32,000 nt of DNA from Bacillus subtilis subsp. subtilis str. 168 (GCF_000009045.1 NC_000964.3:1410001-1442000), one strand, 5' to 3'; shown: positions 7,938 through 19,583, numbered from the stretch's first letter. A program made the numbers and translations. The notes: generated from the letters alone by a model not told the origin.

Positions 7938-8960
7938 CTATTTTAAATAAGCATTTTTGCCCGTTCCTCTGACAAATTGCAATAAGCTTGTCATCCTCAG
8001 CTCAATGAATGGCTGAGCGACTGTCTTAACAAAGTTGCTGGAGAGGACTGATGTCAGGGCTGCTGTTAAAAGCAAGAGGATCACTAAGCTTTGATAGTCA
8101 GTAAGCCAATCCTCAAGCCCGACCTGCCGTAATGTCTTAATAATAAACCCGTGAAGCAGATACACGTAAAATGTCCGGGTTCCCCATTTGGTAAAGAAAT
8201 ACCGTTTTTGCGGAACGAGCGCTAAAAAGCTGAAGGTTGCCCCAAAGGCGAGTACATACCAGCCGATTCGGGATAGTCCGCTTACCAGGGTAACGTCTCC
8301 AAATGAAGAATACGGTTTTGAACCAAACAGAAAAGAATAGTCAAAATCGATGCCCCAGCAGATGACGAATACTGCGGCAAGCACTCCGAGCGCAATTTGT
8401 TTGCCGCGTTTTGATCTCAATAAATCAAAATGATGTTTATTTAAATAAAAACCGACAAGGAACATCGGTAAGAATACGAATGTCCGTGACAAGCTCAGCG
8501 TGCTGCTGACAAAGTCCAGATAACCGATCAGCACGGCGATTCCGCAGCTGACAAACAGCGCCCACTGCTTTGAAAGCTTTGAAAAAGGATATAGGAGCAG
8601 GTTCCAAAAGAATAAGCTTACAAGAAACCATAACGACCATTGCGGATCAATCGGGTTCACATTTGCCATGCTTTCATCTTGCATAATGTAATAAAAGACG
8701 GAATAAATAATTTGGAAAATCAAATACGGAATAATCAGCTTGACCGCCAGCTTTTTTACATATCCCGCCCGTTTAAAGCCTTTCGCGAAATAACCGGATA
8801 CAAGAATAAATGCAGGCATATGGAATGTGTAAATGAACTTGTAGAGGTAGAGCATAAAATGATTATCATTAATAAAGGAACGAAGGATATGACCGAATAC
8901 AACAAGGAATATCAATAAAAATTTTGCGTTATCGAAATAACTGTCCCGCGATTTACTCAT
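7938..8960 (-). CDS. ykrP: Acyltransferase-3 family integral membrane protein (340 aa; start at [11 protein letters not shown]).
   Basis: About 10 hydrophobic helices and an N-terminal [16 protein letters not shown] motif typical of acyltransferase_3. SD GAAGGTGAT before ATG 8960. Confidence 0.85.
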
Positions 8961-9212
8961 AGCATCACCTTCTCTTTCATCAGTCACTAAGAGATTATTC
9001 CCTGCTGGTACATATTTTAAAATAAAAGATGAAAAAGGAATCTAAAAAAATGCTGATTGTTAGGTCGATGTAAAGTGACGGTAAGGATCGTAGAAAATGT
9101 CTTCGTAATGTAATGACGCTGAAATTTTCTGAAATTTATAGGGCAAATGAAGGAAGTTCCCGCATTTTGTAGAAATATTGAGGGATAGGTTTTGAAGAAG
9201 GAGTGTACATGC

Positions 9213-11429
9213 ATGGAAACTCTTGGTGTCCAGACAAACTCGGAGCTGCGAGAGGAACTGAATCGCCTCAAAGAAGAAAACGCGCGACTGAAAAAGGAAT
9301 TGAATCAGCATCAAGTGATTGTCAACAATACGCTCGATGCTATTTTTATTTGTGATAACGAAATGCGGATTGTTCAGGCAAATGAAGCAACAGAAAGGAT
9401 GCTTCAAGTTGACTCGGAAGATTTGAAAAAGCGTTCTGTTTTGGATTTTTTGTTTTCAATCCCAAAGGATGAACTGAATCTTTCCGTAAAGAAGTTTTTT
9501 AAAAAAGGCTTTCTGTGGAAGGAGGTTCCGATCAGGCTTGATTGCGGGGCAACAAAATACATAGAGTTTCTGGCCAAAAGAGGTATTGGTGAGGATTTCT
9601 TTTTTGTTGTCATGAGGGACATATCTTCTAAGAAGATTCTGGAGCGGGAATTCTCTATGAATGAACAGCTTTTTAAGGACTTGTTTGACAGAGCAGTTGA
9701 CGGAATCGTCCTGTTTGATAAAGATGGCGGTTTTATTGATGCAAATTTGTCCTTTTGTAAAAGCTTTGAAATCAATCATAATGAGCTGTCTCATTTATCT
9801 TTGTATGAGTTCATAGACAGCGGCTCACGAAAAGATTTCGACAATATCTGGAAGGCGCTCAACCGCAAGGGAAAAGCGAAGGGGGAGCTGCCTGTCAAGC
9901 TTCGTTCAGGAGTTCAAAAACTATTTGAATTCACGATTACATCAAACATCATCAGCGGTTTTTATATGTCCATTATGAGGGATATCACAGAGAAGCGGTC
10001 TATGGAGCTGCAGCTCTTTAAAAGTGAGGAGCGCTTCAGAGAAATCTTTGAAAATGCAATGGACGCCATCATCATCTGGTCGAATGACGGAAGAATCGTA
10101 AAAGCGAATCAATCAGCCTGTAAAATTTTTGAGCTGCCGATGAATTTGCTGTTGAAAAGAAAGCTGTGTGATTTTCTCGTTGACTCGCAGCAGAAATACA
10201 GCATAACGAAGAGGAAATACGCAAAATACGGAGAGATCAGAGAAGAGCTGCTGTTTCAAATGGGGAACGGCCAATTCAAAGAGCTTGAATTTACTTCAAA
10301 ACGGACAATCCTTGAAAATCAGCATTTGACGATCTTAAGAAATGTAAGCGACAGAAAGCGGATGGAAAAGGAGCTTCGGGAAAGCGAGCTGAAATTCAGA
10401 AAAGTGTTCAACGGATCAATGGACGGCAATGTATTGTTCGACAATCAATACAGGATCATCGACGCCAACCCGTTAGCAAGCCATATTTTGGGCCTGTCAC
10501 ATGAAGAGATCAAACAGCACAGCCTGTTAGATATTATTTCTGCTTATGAAATAGAAAATTTGGCATCACCGGCAAGGCAGATTAATTTTGATGAAATGGA
10601 CAACGAAATTCCATTTTTGCTGAGCAGCGGTGATAACAGAAAACTCGAATTCTCATTTAAACGGAATATTATTCAAAATATGAACTTGGCTATCTTTAAA
10701 GACGTAACAGAGCGAAAAGAATTGGAGGAGCGCCTGCGCAAATCAGATACCCTTCATGTTGTCGGCGAACTCGCAGCCGGTATTGCTCATGAAATCAGAA
10801 ATCCGATGACTGCTCTTAAAGGCTTCATTCAGCTTCTGAAAGGGAGTGTCGAGGGAGACTACGCCCTTTACTTCAACGTGATCACCTCAGAACTAAAGCG
10901 CATCGAATCCATCATCACCGAATTCTTGATTTTAGCCAAGCCCCAGGCCATTATGTATGAGGAAAAACATGTTACCCAAATTATGAGGGACACGATAGAC
11001 CTTCTAAATGCGCAAGCCAATCTCAGCAATGTACAAATGCAACTTGATTTAATTGACGACATTCCCCCGATTTACTGTGAACCGAATCAGCTGAAACAGG
11101 TTTTTATCAATATATTAAAAAACGCCATCGAAGTGATGCCTGACGGCGGAAATATTTTTGTAACGATAAAGGCATTGGATCAAGATCATGTTCTAATCTC
11201 CTTAAAAGACGAGGGAATCGGAATGACAGAAGATAAATTAAAGCGACTTGGTGAACCGTTTTATACGACAAAGGAACGGGGAACTGGACTTGGGCTTATG
11301 GTAAGCTATAAAATTATTGAAGAACATCAAGGCGAGATTATGGTAGAAAGTGAAGAAGGGAAGGGCACCGTTTTCCATATTACGCTTCCTGTCAGACAGA
11401 ATGCTGAAGAAAGAAGGAATGATGAATGA
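9213..11429 (+). CDS. kinE: Sporulation sensor histidine kinase KinE. It is soluble, with multiple PAS repeats plus HisKA/HATPase (738 aa; start METLGVQ).
   Basis: GAAGGAG SD 9 nt before ATG 9213. Repeated PAS-like blocks, an H-box HEIRNPMTALKG, and N/G1/G2 boxes (NAIEVMP, DEGIGM, GTGLGL). Confidence 0.93.
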   Translation: METLGVQTNSELREELNRLKEENARLKKELNQHQVIVNNTLDAIFICDNEMRIVQANEATERMLQVDSEDLKKRSVLDFLFSIPKDELNLSVKKFFKKGFLWKEVPIRLDCGATKYIEFLAKRGIGEDFFFVVMRDISSKKILEREFSMNEQLFKDLFDRAVDGIVLFDKDGGFIDANLSFCKSFEINHNELSHLSLYEFIDSGSRKDFDNIWKALNRKGKAKGELPVKLRSGVQKLFEFTITSNIISGFYMSIMRDITEKRSMELQLFKSEERFREIFENAMDAIIIWSNDGRIVKANQSACKIFELPMNLLLKRKLCDFLVDSQQKYSITKRKYAKYGEIREELLFQMGNGQFKELEFTSKRTILENQHLTILRNVSDRKRMEKELRESELKFRKVFNGSMDGNVLFDNQYRIIDANPLASHILGLSHEEIKQHSLLDIISAYEIENLASPARQINFDEMDNEIPFLLSSGDNRKLEFSFKRNIIQNMNLAIFKDVTERKELEERLRKSDTLHVVGELAAGIAHEIRNPMTALKGFIQLLKGSVEGDYALYFNVITSELKRIESIITEFLILAKPQAIMYEEKHVTQIMRDTIDLLNAQANLSNVQMQLDLIDDIPPIYCEPNQLKQVFINILKNAIEVMPDGGNIFVTIKALDQDHVLISLKDEGIGMTEDKLKRLGEPFYTTKERGTGLGLMVSYKIIEEHQGEIMVESEEGKGTVFHITLPVRQNAEERRNDE

Positions 11430-11923
11430 ACTACTATACGACAGCCGAAACGCCGCTCGGTGAACTTATCATTGCCGAAGAGGAGGACCGGATCACTCGT
11501 CTATTTCTCAGTCAGGAAGATTGGGTGGATTGGAAAGAAACGGTTCAGAATACTGAGCATAAGGAAACACCTAATCTTGCAGAAGCGAAACAACAGCTTC
11601 AAGAATATTTCGCAGGCGAAAGGAAGACATTCTCCCTGCCGCTCAGCCAAAAGGGCACTCCTTTTCAGCAAAAAGTGTGGCAAGCGCTGGAGAGGATTCC
11701 ATATGGCGAATCCCGAAGCTATGCGGATATTGCCGCTGCTGTCGGCAGTCCGAAAGCGGTGCGCGCTGTCGGGCAGGCTAATAAACGTAACGACCTGCCG
11801 ATTTTTGTCCCGTGCCACAGAGTGATCGGCAAAAACAGTGCGTTAACAGGATACGCCGGAAGCAAAACGGAGATCAAAGCATTTTTGCTAAACATCGAGC
11901 GAATCTCCTATAAAGAAAAATAA
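11426..11923 (+). CDS. ogt: Methylated-DNA--protein-cysteine S-methyltransferase.
   Basis: Active-site PCHRVIG and 165 aa. ATGA overlap with the kinE stop. Confidence 0.93.
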   Translation: MNYYTTAETPLGELIIAEEEDRITRLFLSQEDWVDWKETVQNTEHKETPNLAEAKQQLQEYFAGERKTFSLPLSQKGTPFQQKVWQALERIPYGESRSYADIAAAVGSPKAVRAVGQANKRNDLPIFVPCHRVIGKNSALTGYAGSKTEIKAFLLNIERISYKEK

Positions 11924-12012
11924 AACATATGGCACGTTCCCTTTTTTCACGGCCGACATATCATTTTATTAAGTTAAAAAAGTTGGTCTGATGAAAAAGG
12001 AGGACAAAGCAA

Positions 12013-12138
12013 TTGAAGCCGAGCCGCTCTGAGAAACTTGCCGTTTTTGCCGAACTGTTTGTGAAACTGCATATCTTATCAAGCGCTCAAAAAGATGAAA
12101 TCATCAATGTTAACAAAAAGAAACAAAAAAACCGCTGA
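12013..12138 (+). CDS. Candidate 41-aa micro-ORF (MKPSRSEKLAVFAELFVKLHILSSAQKDEIINVNKKKQKNR), TTG start.
   Basis: AAAAAGGAGG SD 9 nt before TTG 12013. No terminator between ogt and this ORF. Its stop sits inside the 12125-12173 terminator stem. There is no homology support. Confidence 0.35.
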   Translation: MKPSRSEKLAVFAELFVKLHILSSAQKDEIINVNKKKQKNR

Positions 12139-12173
12139 CTCGGCTCCAAATGAGCAAAGTCCAGCGGTTTTTT
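12125..12173. terminator. Bidirectional terminator between the kinE-ogt unit (+) and mtnA (-).
   Basis: A-run plus ACCGCTGACT ... AGTC(C)AGCGGT plus T6, flanked by convergent genes. Confidence 0.7.
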
Positions 12174-13233
12174 AATGCACCTTTTCTCCTTTAAACAGCT
12201 GTTCAATCTCTTCTTCATAGTTTCCGGTCATAATCCCTTTTTCTGTGATGATTCCTGAAATGAGATCATGAGGTGTAATGTCGAAAGCGGGATTAAAGAC
12301 AGGCACATTGGATGGAGCGGTCCGAACTCCGGAAATCTGCCTGACTTCCTCGGGATCTCGTTCCTCTATCGGGATATCAGCGCCGCATTTGACCTTTGTA
12401 TCAAATGTAGATAAAGGTGCGGCGACAAAAAACGGAATATCAAAGGCGTTTGCTAAAATAGCAAGACCGTATGTGCCGATTTTATTTGCCGTATCACCGT
12501 TCTTTGCAATTCGGTCGGCTCCGACGATAACAGCGGAAATTTGTTTTTCCTTCATCGTATGGGCGGCCATGCTGTCTGTGATCAGAGTGACATCAATGCC
12601 CCCCTGCATCAGCTCCCAAGCAGTAAGGCGTGAACCTTGCAGGACAGGCCTTGTTTCACAGGCATAAATGTGTAATCCCAAATCTTTTTGTTTGGCCAAG
12701 TAAAACGGAGCTAGCGCCGTTCCATAGCGGCTTGTCGCGATTGAGCCGGCATTGCAGATCGTCATGATCCTGTCGCCTTTTTTGAAAAGCTGCAGGGCGT
12801 TTTGGCCGATCAACCGGCACGTTTCCTCATCCTCGACCTGAATCTGAATGGCTTCATGGACAAGGTTTGTTTTTGCTTCATTTACGGAAATCGCGTTTTC
12901 GACCGAATGACTCAGTCTCTCAAGCGCCCATGACAAATTAATGGCGGTAGGCCGTGAGCTGTTTAAATATTGTTTGATGTCTTCCAGTCTGCGGCGGAAT
13001 TCCGTGACATTGTCTGTTTCAATGTCTTTGGCAGCAAGCGCCAGTCCGAAGGCAGCTGTAATGCCGATCGCCGGAGCGCCCCTTACTTTGAGCGTGACAA
13101 TCGCATCAAATACATCCTCTTTCGTCGTCAGCTCCAAATATTCCGTCTCATCAGGAAGCTTTTGCTGATTTAAAATGGTAATAGCTGTTTCTTTCCATTC
13201 AACAGAACGTGGAACAGCAAATGAATGGGTCAT
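12172..13233 (-). CDS. mtnA: Methylthioribose-1-phosphate isomerase (eIF-2B alpha/beta/delta-like).
   Basis: 353 aa with family motifs VRGAPAIG and CNAGSIAT...GADRIA. Lies 7 nt downstream of mtnK. Confidence 0.95.
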
Positions 13234-13240
13234 GAATAGA

Positions 13241-14449
<1,209 letters not shown>

Positions 14450-14476
14450 TTATGTAATTAATTAATATGTGGCCGT

Positions 14477-14690
14477 AAAAAAGCCTCCTTCTCAGAGAGA
14501 AGGAGGCTTAACATCTATGTCCGCCTCTCTTATCTCTCAGATCAGATCTGAATGGAATTAGCACCGTGCCTTAAGAGACCAGCGTCTCGGCGCGAAAAAA
14601 ATGCGCCCCATTTCACAATGGAATTACGGTCGGTTGCTTTTGGGGTCAAAAGGCCAAATCCCTCGCCCAACTCTCGATAAGAGAATATAT
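14477..14690 (-). promoter_or_regulatory. SAM-I (S-box) riboswitch plus terminator controlling mtnKA.
   Basis: The minus strand reads TTCTCTTATCGAGAGTTGGGCGAGGGATTTGGCC...GGTGCTAATTCC...GAGAGATAAGAGA. Then comes the terminator AAGCCTCCTTCTCTCTGAGAAGGAGGCTTTTTT (14477-14509). Confidence 0.9.
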
Positions 14691-14728
14691 TCACTTGTTT
14701 GACAATTCTAATTTATCAGTTGATGAAC

Positions 14729-14758
14729 ATGGTAACAGGTAATTTAGTTAGTTGTCAA
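14729..14758 (-). promoter_or_regulatory. Candidate sigma-A promoter of the mtnK leader (TTGACA-N18-TACCAT).
   Basis: Perfect -35 at 14753-14758 (minus strand). The -10 is weak at 4/6. It begins 9 nt after the mtnU stop. Confidence 0.4.
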
Positions 14759-14766
14759 TATATTTT

Positions 14767-15546
14767 TTAATATAAATCTTTTCTGATATCATCGAAAACA
14801 GGAATGCTCTCCCGAACTTCTGCGCTTTCTTGAAGGTCGATTTCCGCTCGGACTATGCCTTCTTCCCGGCCGCCTTCAGCAAGTACACGTCCCCATGGAT
14901 CAATAATCAGGCTATGTCCTGCAAATTCATTATCCGGATTTGAACCGGTACAATTGCAGGCTGCGACAAAGCATTGGTTTTCAATGGCCCGCGCAATAAG
15001 CAGGCTTTTCCAATGATCAAGGCGGGGAAGAGGCCATTCCGCAGAAATAAACAGCACGTTGGCGCCTTTTGTCGTATGTTTTCTGATCCATTCCGGAAAA
15101 CGGATATCGTAACAGATCAATCCAGAGCTTTTGACGCCGTCAAGCTCAAAGTATCCGTCTTCGGAACCGGCTGATAAATACAGATGCTCATCCATCAGCT
15201 GAAAAAGATGGGCTTTTCTGTACTCTTTAATGATTTGCCCTTCCTTATCCGCGATGTACATTGTATTATAAACATCAGAATTCTTCCTGACAGCGACCGA
15301 TCCGGCGACAATATGAACACCATGTTTTTTTGCCGTTTTCTTCAGCCAGCTCTGAGCGGAGCGGCCGTCTTCGTCAGCGAGTTCATCAAGATTGGCCAGA
15401 TCATATCCGGTCGTCCATAATTCAGGCAGAACAAGAACATCAGCATGTTTGCTTTCTTTTTCGATGAAAAATTCAGCCTTTTTTATATTTTCCGAAGGTT
15501 TTCCGTATGAAATATCAAATTGAAGACAAGATATCGTCCATTTCAT
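14767..15546 (-). CDS. mtnU: Carbon-nitrogen hydrolase (nitrilase superfamily, omega-amidase-like).
   Basis: E-K-C triad contexts LVLPELW, YRKAHLF and GLICYDIRFPE. 259 aa. Confidence 0.9.
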   Translation of the reverse strand: MKWTISCLQFDISYGKPSENIKKAEFFIEKESKHADVLVLPELWTTGYDLANLDELADEDGRSAQSWLKKTAKKHGVHIVAGSVAVRKNSDVYNTMYIADKEGQIIKEYRKAHLFQLMDEHLYLSAGSEDGYFELDGVKSSGLICYDIRFPEWIRKHTTKGANVLFISAEWPLPRLDHWKSLLIARAIENQCFVAACNCTGSNPDNEFAGHSLIIDPWGRVLAEGGREEGIVRAEIDLQESAEVRESIPVFDDIRKDLY

Positions 15547-15640
15547 CTTTTTAACACCCCAAATTTTTCTTTACTTTTTTCATTTAACCATATATGATGA
15601 TGGACTATCATTTCAAGATTTTTTTAGAAGGTGAGAATAG

Positions 15641-16837
15641 ATGAAATTTGAACAGTCTCATGTATTGAAGGAATTGCCTAAACAATTCTTCGCTTCTCTG
15701 GTGCAGAAAGTGAACCGAAAGCTTGCAGAAGGACATGACGTTATCAATCTGGGACAGGGAAATCCAGATCAGCCGACTCCTGAGCATATTGTTGAGGAGA
15801 TGAAACGAGCTGTCGCTGATCCTGAGAATCATAAATATTCGTCTTTTCGCGGCTCATACCGTCTGAAGTCAGCGGCTGCTGCATTTTACAAAAGAGAATA
15901 CGGCATTGATCTGGATCCGGAAACCGAAGTCGCTGTATTATTCGGCGGAAAAGCCGGTCTAGTCGAGCTCCCGCAATGCTTGTTGAATCCCGGTGATACG
16001 ATTTTAGTTCCCGATCCGGGTTATCCTGATTACTGGTCGGGTGTCACACTTGCAAAAGCAAAGATGGAAATGATGCCGCTCGTAAAGGACAGAGCGTTTC
16101 TCCCTGATTACAGCAGCATAACCGCTGAAATAAGGGAACAGGCGAAATTGATGTATTTGAATTATCCGAATAATCCGACTGGAGCTGTTGCTACTTCCGA
16201 GTTCTTTGAAGATACCGTGCGTTTTGCGGCTGAAAACGGAATCTGCGTCGTTCACGATTTTGCTTACGGCGCTGTAGGATTTGACGGCTGCAAGCCTTTA
16301 AGCTTTTTGCAGACTGAAGGTGCGAAGGATATCGGAATTGAAATTTACACGCTGTCAAAAACGTATAATATGGCAGGATGGCGGGTTGGCTTTGCCGTCG
16401 GAAACGCTTCGGTCATTGAAGCGATCAATCTTTATCAAGACCATATGTTTGTCAGTCTTTTCAGAGCGACTCAGGAGGCTGCAGCAGAGGCACTGTTAGC
16501 CGATCAGACGTGTGTGGCAGAGCAAAATGCCAGGTATGAGAGCAGGAGAAACGCTTGGATCACGGCATGCCGGGAAATCGGCTGGGATGTAACAGCTCCC
16601 GCAGGTTCTTTTTTTGCATGGCTGCCTGTGCCTGAAGGCTATACTTCTGAGCAGTTCTCAGATCTTTTGCTGGAAAAAGCGAATGTGGCAGTTGCGGCTG
16701 GAAACGGCTTCGGTGAATATGGCGAGGGCTACGTCAGAGTCGGACTTTTAACAAGTGAAGAAAGACTTAAGGAAGCCGCTTATCGAATTGGCAAACTGAA
16801 CCTGTTTACCCAAAAAAGCATTGACAAGACCTTATAA
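15641..16837 (+). CDS. mtnE: Class-I PLP aminotransferase (KMTB transamination to methionine).
   Basis: PLP-lysine context SKTYNMAGWRVG and NPTG motif. SD GAAGGTGAG. Confidence 0.93.
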   Translation: MKFEQSHVLKELPKQFFASLVQKVNRKLAEGHDVINLGQGNPDQPTPEHIVEEMKRAVADPENHKYSSFRGSYRLKSAAAAFYKREYGIDLDPETEVAVLFGGKAGLVELPQCLLNPGDTILVPDPGYPDYWSGVTLAKAKMEMMPLVKDRAFLPDYSSITAEIREQAKLMYLNYPNNPTGAVATSEFFEDTVRFAAENGICVVHDFAYGAVGFDGCKPLSFLQTEGAKDIGIEIYTLSKTYNMAGWRVGFAVGNASVIEAINLYQDHMFVSLFRATQEAAAEALLADQTCVAEQNARYESRRNAWITACREIGWDVTAPAGSFFAWLPVPEGYTSEQFSDLLLEKANVAVAAGNGFGEYGEGYVRVGLLTSEERLKEAAYRIGKLNLFTQKSIDKTL

Positions 16838-16849
16838 CGATGGGATAAT
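16821..16849 (+). promoter_or_regulatory. Candidate sigma-A promoter of the mtnW leader (TTGACA-N17-GATAAT), inside the 3' end of mtnE.
   Basis: TTGACA at 16821-16826 and GATAAT at 16844-16849, about 27 nt upstream of the S-box. Confidence 0.55.
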
Positions 16850-16875
16850 TCAAAATAATTTATAAAATCTATATT

Positions 16876-17031
16876 TTCTTATCAAGAGCAGGCAGAGGGA
16901 CGAGCCCGATGAAGCCCGGCAACCGACTTATAAAGCACGGTGCTAATTCTTGCAGCTAGCGGCTGAGAGATAAGATTCGGACGAGAAACGAAACCTCTTT
17001 AGACGCGATTGCAGTTTGAAGAGGTTTTTTG
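16876..17031 (+). promoter_or_regulatory. SAM-I (S-box) riboswitch plus terminator controlling mtnWXBD.
   Basis: TTCTTATCAAGAGCAGGCAGAGGGACGAGCCCGATGAAGCCCGGCAACC...GGTGCTAATTC...GAGAGATAAGA. Terminator AACCTCTT...AAGAGGTT followed by T6 (16992-17031). Confidence 0.9.
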
Positions 17032-17060
17032 ATATGGATGAAAATGAAAGGAGCTCTGGC

Positions 17061-18278
17061 ATGAGTGAGTTATTAGCGACATATCTCCTGACCGAACCGG
17101 GAGCCGATACAGAGAAGAAAGCAGAACAAATCGCAACAGGATTGACAGTAGGCTCCTGGACTGATCTGCCCCTTGTAAAACAGGAGCAAATGCAAAAGCA
17201 CAAGGGGCGGGTGATAAAAGTTGAGGAGAGAGAGGGAACTGCTGCATCAGAAAAACAAGCGGTCATCACAATTGCCTATCCTGAAATCAATTTCTCTCAG
17301 GATATTCCGGCTTTGCTGACAACAGTGTTTGGCAAGCTGTCCCTGGACGGAAAAATCAAATTAATCGATCTTCACTTCTCTGAAGCATTTAAGCGTGCAC
17401 TGCCGGGACCGAAGTTTGGCGTATACGGCATCCGGAAGCTGCTGGGAGAGTTTGAGAGACCGCTGTTAATGAGCATATTTAAAGGCGTAATCGGAAGGGA
17501 CCTGAGTGATATTAAAGAACAGCTCCGGCAGCAGGCGCTTGGCGGAGTTGACTTGATTAAAGACGATGAAATTTTCTTTGAGACTGGTCTAGCGCCTTTT
17601 GAAACAAGAATTGCAGAAGGAAAGCAAATATTGAAAGAAACGTATGAACAAACCGGACATAAAACGCTGTATGCGGTGAATTTGACCGGACGTACGGCTG
17701 ATCTGAAAGACAAAGCGAGACGCGCCGCCGAATTGGGAGCGGATGCGCTTTTGTTTAATGTCTTCGCTTACGGCTTGGACGTTATGCAAGGCCTTGCAGA
17801 AGATCCTGAAATCCCAGTTCCGATTATGGCGCATCCAGCAGTGAGCGGAGCGTTTACGTCTTCTCCGTTTTACGGTTTTTCTCACGCTCTTTTACTCGGA
17901 AAATTAAACCGATATTGCGGTGCTGACTTCAGCCTCTTTCCGTCTCCATATGGTTCGGTTGCGCTTCCAAGAGCAGATGCACTGGCGATTCATGAAGAAT
18001 GTGTGAGAGAGGATGCTTTTAACCAAACATTTGCTGTTCCGTCAGCAGGCATTCATCCCGGCATGGTTCCGCTATTAATGCGTGATTTCGGCATAGACCA
18101 CATTATTAACGCCGGAGGAGGCGTACATGGACATCCGAACGGTGCCCAAGGCGGGGGGCGAGCGTTCAGAGCTATTATTGATGCGGTCCTAGAGGCCCAG
18201 CCGATTGATGAAAAAGCCGAACAATGCAAGGATCTTAAGCTTGCGCTAGATAAATGGGGAAAGGCTGAAGCCGTATGA
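17061..18278 (+). CDS. mtnW: RuBisCO-like protein, 2,3-diketo-5-methylthiopentyl-1-phosphate enolase (405 aa; start MSELLATY).
   Basis: RuBisCO large-subunit fold motifs ([23 protein letters not shown]). SD AAAGGAG before ATG 17061. The track start at 17016 lies inside the terminator. Confidence 0.95.
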
Positions 18279-18982
18279 CGACTCGAAAACCTTTTATTAT
18301 TTGTGATTTTGACGGAACAATCACGATGAACGACAACATTATAAATATCATGAAAACATTTGCTCCCCCAGAGTGGATGGCATTAAAAGACGGCGTACTT
18401 TCCAAAACGCTGTCAATCAAGGAAGGTGTCGGGCGGATGTTCGGCCTTCTGCCCAGCAGTTTAAAAGAAGAGATTACAAGTTTTGTATTGGAAGATGCAA
18501 AAATCAGGGAAGGCTTTCGGGAATTTGTAGCATTTATCAATGAGCACGAGATTCCGTTTTATGTCATAAGCGGTGGAATGGACTTTTTTGTATATCCTTT
18601 GCTTGAAGGCATTGTGGAGAAAGACCGCATTTATTGCAACCATGCTTCATTTGACAATGACTATATCCATATTGACTGGCCTCATTCCTGCAAGGGCACA
18701 TGCAGCAATCAATGCGGGTGCTGTAAGCCGTCGGTCATCCATGAACTTTCTGAACCGAACCAATATATCATCATGATCGGTGATTCGGTTACAGATGTGG
18801 AGGCAGCAAAGCTGTCTGACCTATGCTTTGCAAGGGATTATTTATTAAACGAATGCCGGGAGCAAAACCTCAATCATCTTCCGTATCAAGATTTTTATGA
18901 GATCAGAAAGGAAATTGAGAATGTAAAGGAGGTACAGGAATGGCTGCAAAACAAGAACGCTGGCGAGAGCTCGCTGAAGTAA
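18275..18982 (+). CDS. mtnX: HAD-family 2-hydroxy-3-keto-5-methylthiopentenyl-1-phosphate phosphatase.
   Basis: DxDGT motif ICDFDGTIT and C-terminal GDSVTD. ATGA overlap with mtnW. Confidence 0.93.
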
Positions 18983-19569
18983 AACGGGAATTGGCAGAGA
19001 GAGATTGGTTTCCGGCGACTAGCGGCAATCTGTCAATTAAGGTTACAGATGAGCCTTTAACATTTCTCGTCACTGCAAGCGGAAAAGATAAACGCAAAGA
19101 GACGGTTGAAGATTTTCTGCTGGTCGATCAAAACGGAGAGCCTGCTGAAAGCGGGCATTCTCTGAAACCGTCAGCAGAAACGCTTTTGCATACACATTTG
19201 TACAATAAAACCAATGCCGGATGCTGCCTGCATGTCCATACGGTAAACAATAATGTGATTTCAGAGTTATACGGAGACCAAAAGAAAATCACATTCAAAG
19301 GCCAGGAAATTATAAAAGCACTCGGCTTGTGGGAAGAGAACGCAGAAGTGACCGTTCCGATTATAGAAAATCCGGCACATATCCCGACGCTAGCGGCACT
19401 GTTTGCGGAAGAGATTTCAGAAGATTCAGGAGCTGTTCTGATCCGAAATCATGGTATTACGGCTTGGGGGAAAACAGCATTTGAGGCAAAAAGAGTGCTT
19501 GAAGCGTATGAATTTTTGTTCAGCTACCATTTGAAATTGAAAACACTCGAGCATCAGCTGGTTAAATAA
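18940..19569 (+). CDS. mtnB: Methylthioribulose-1-phosphate dehydratase (class II aldolase/adducin fold).
   Basis: AAGGAGG SD inside mtnX, 7 nt before ATG 18940. His-rich metal motif HTH...HVHT. Confidence 0.93.
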
Positions 19570-19583
19570 AAGGAGGAATTGAA

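Noticed and set aside
11990-12031. 13-codon ORF (MKKEDKAIEAEPL) whose coding sequence would contain the AAGGAGG used as the SD for the 41-aa candidate.
   Set aside because: It has no SD of its own and is very short. I mention it because it is an alternative explanation for the purine-rich tract.
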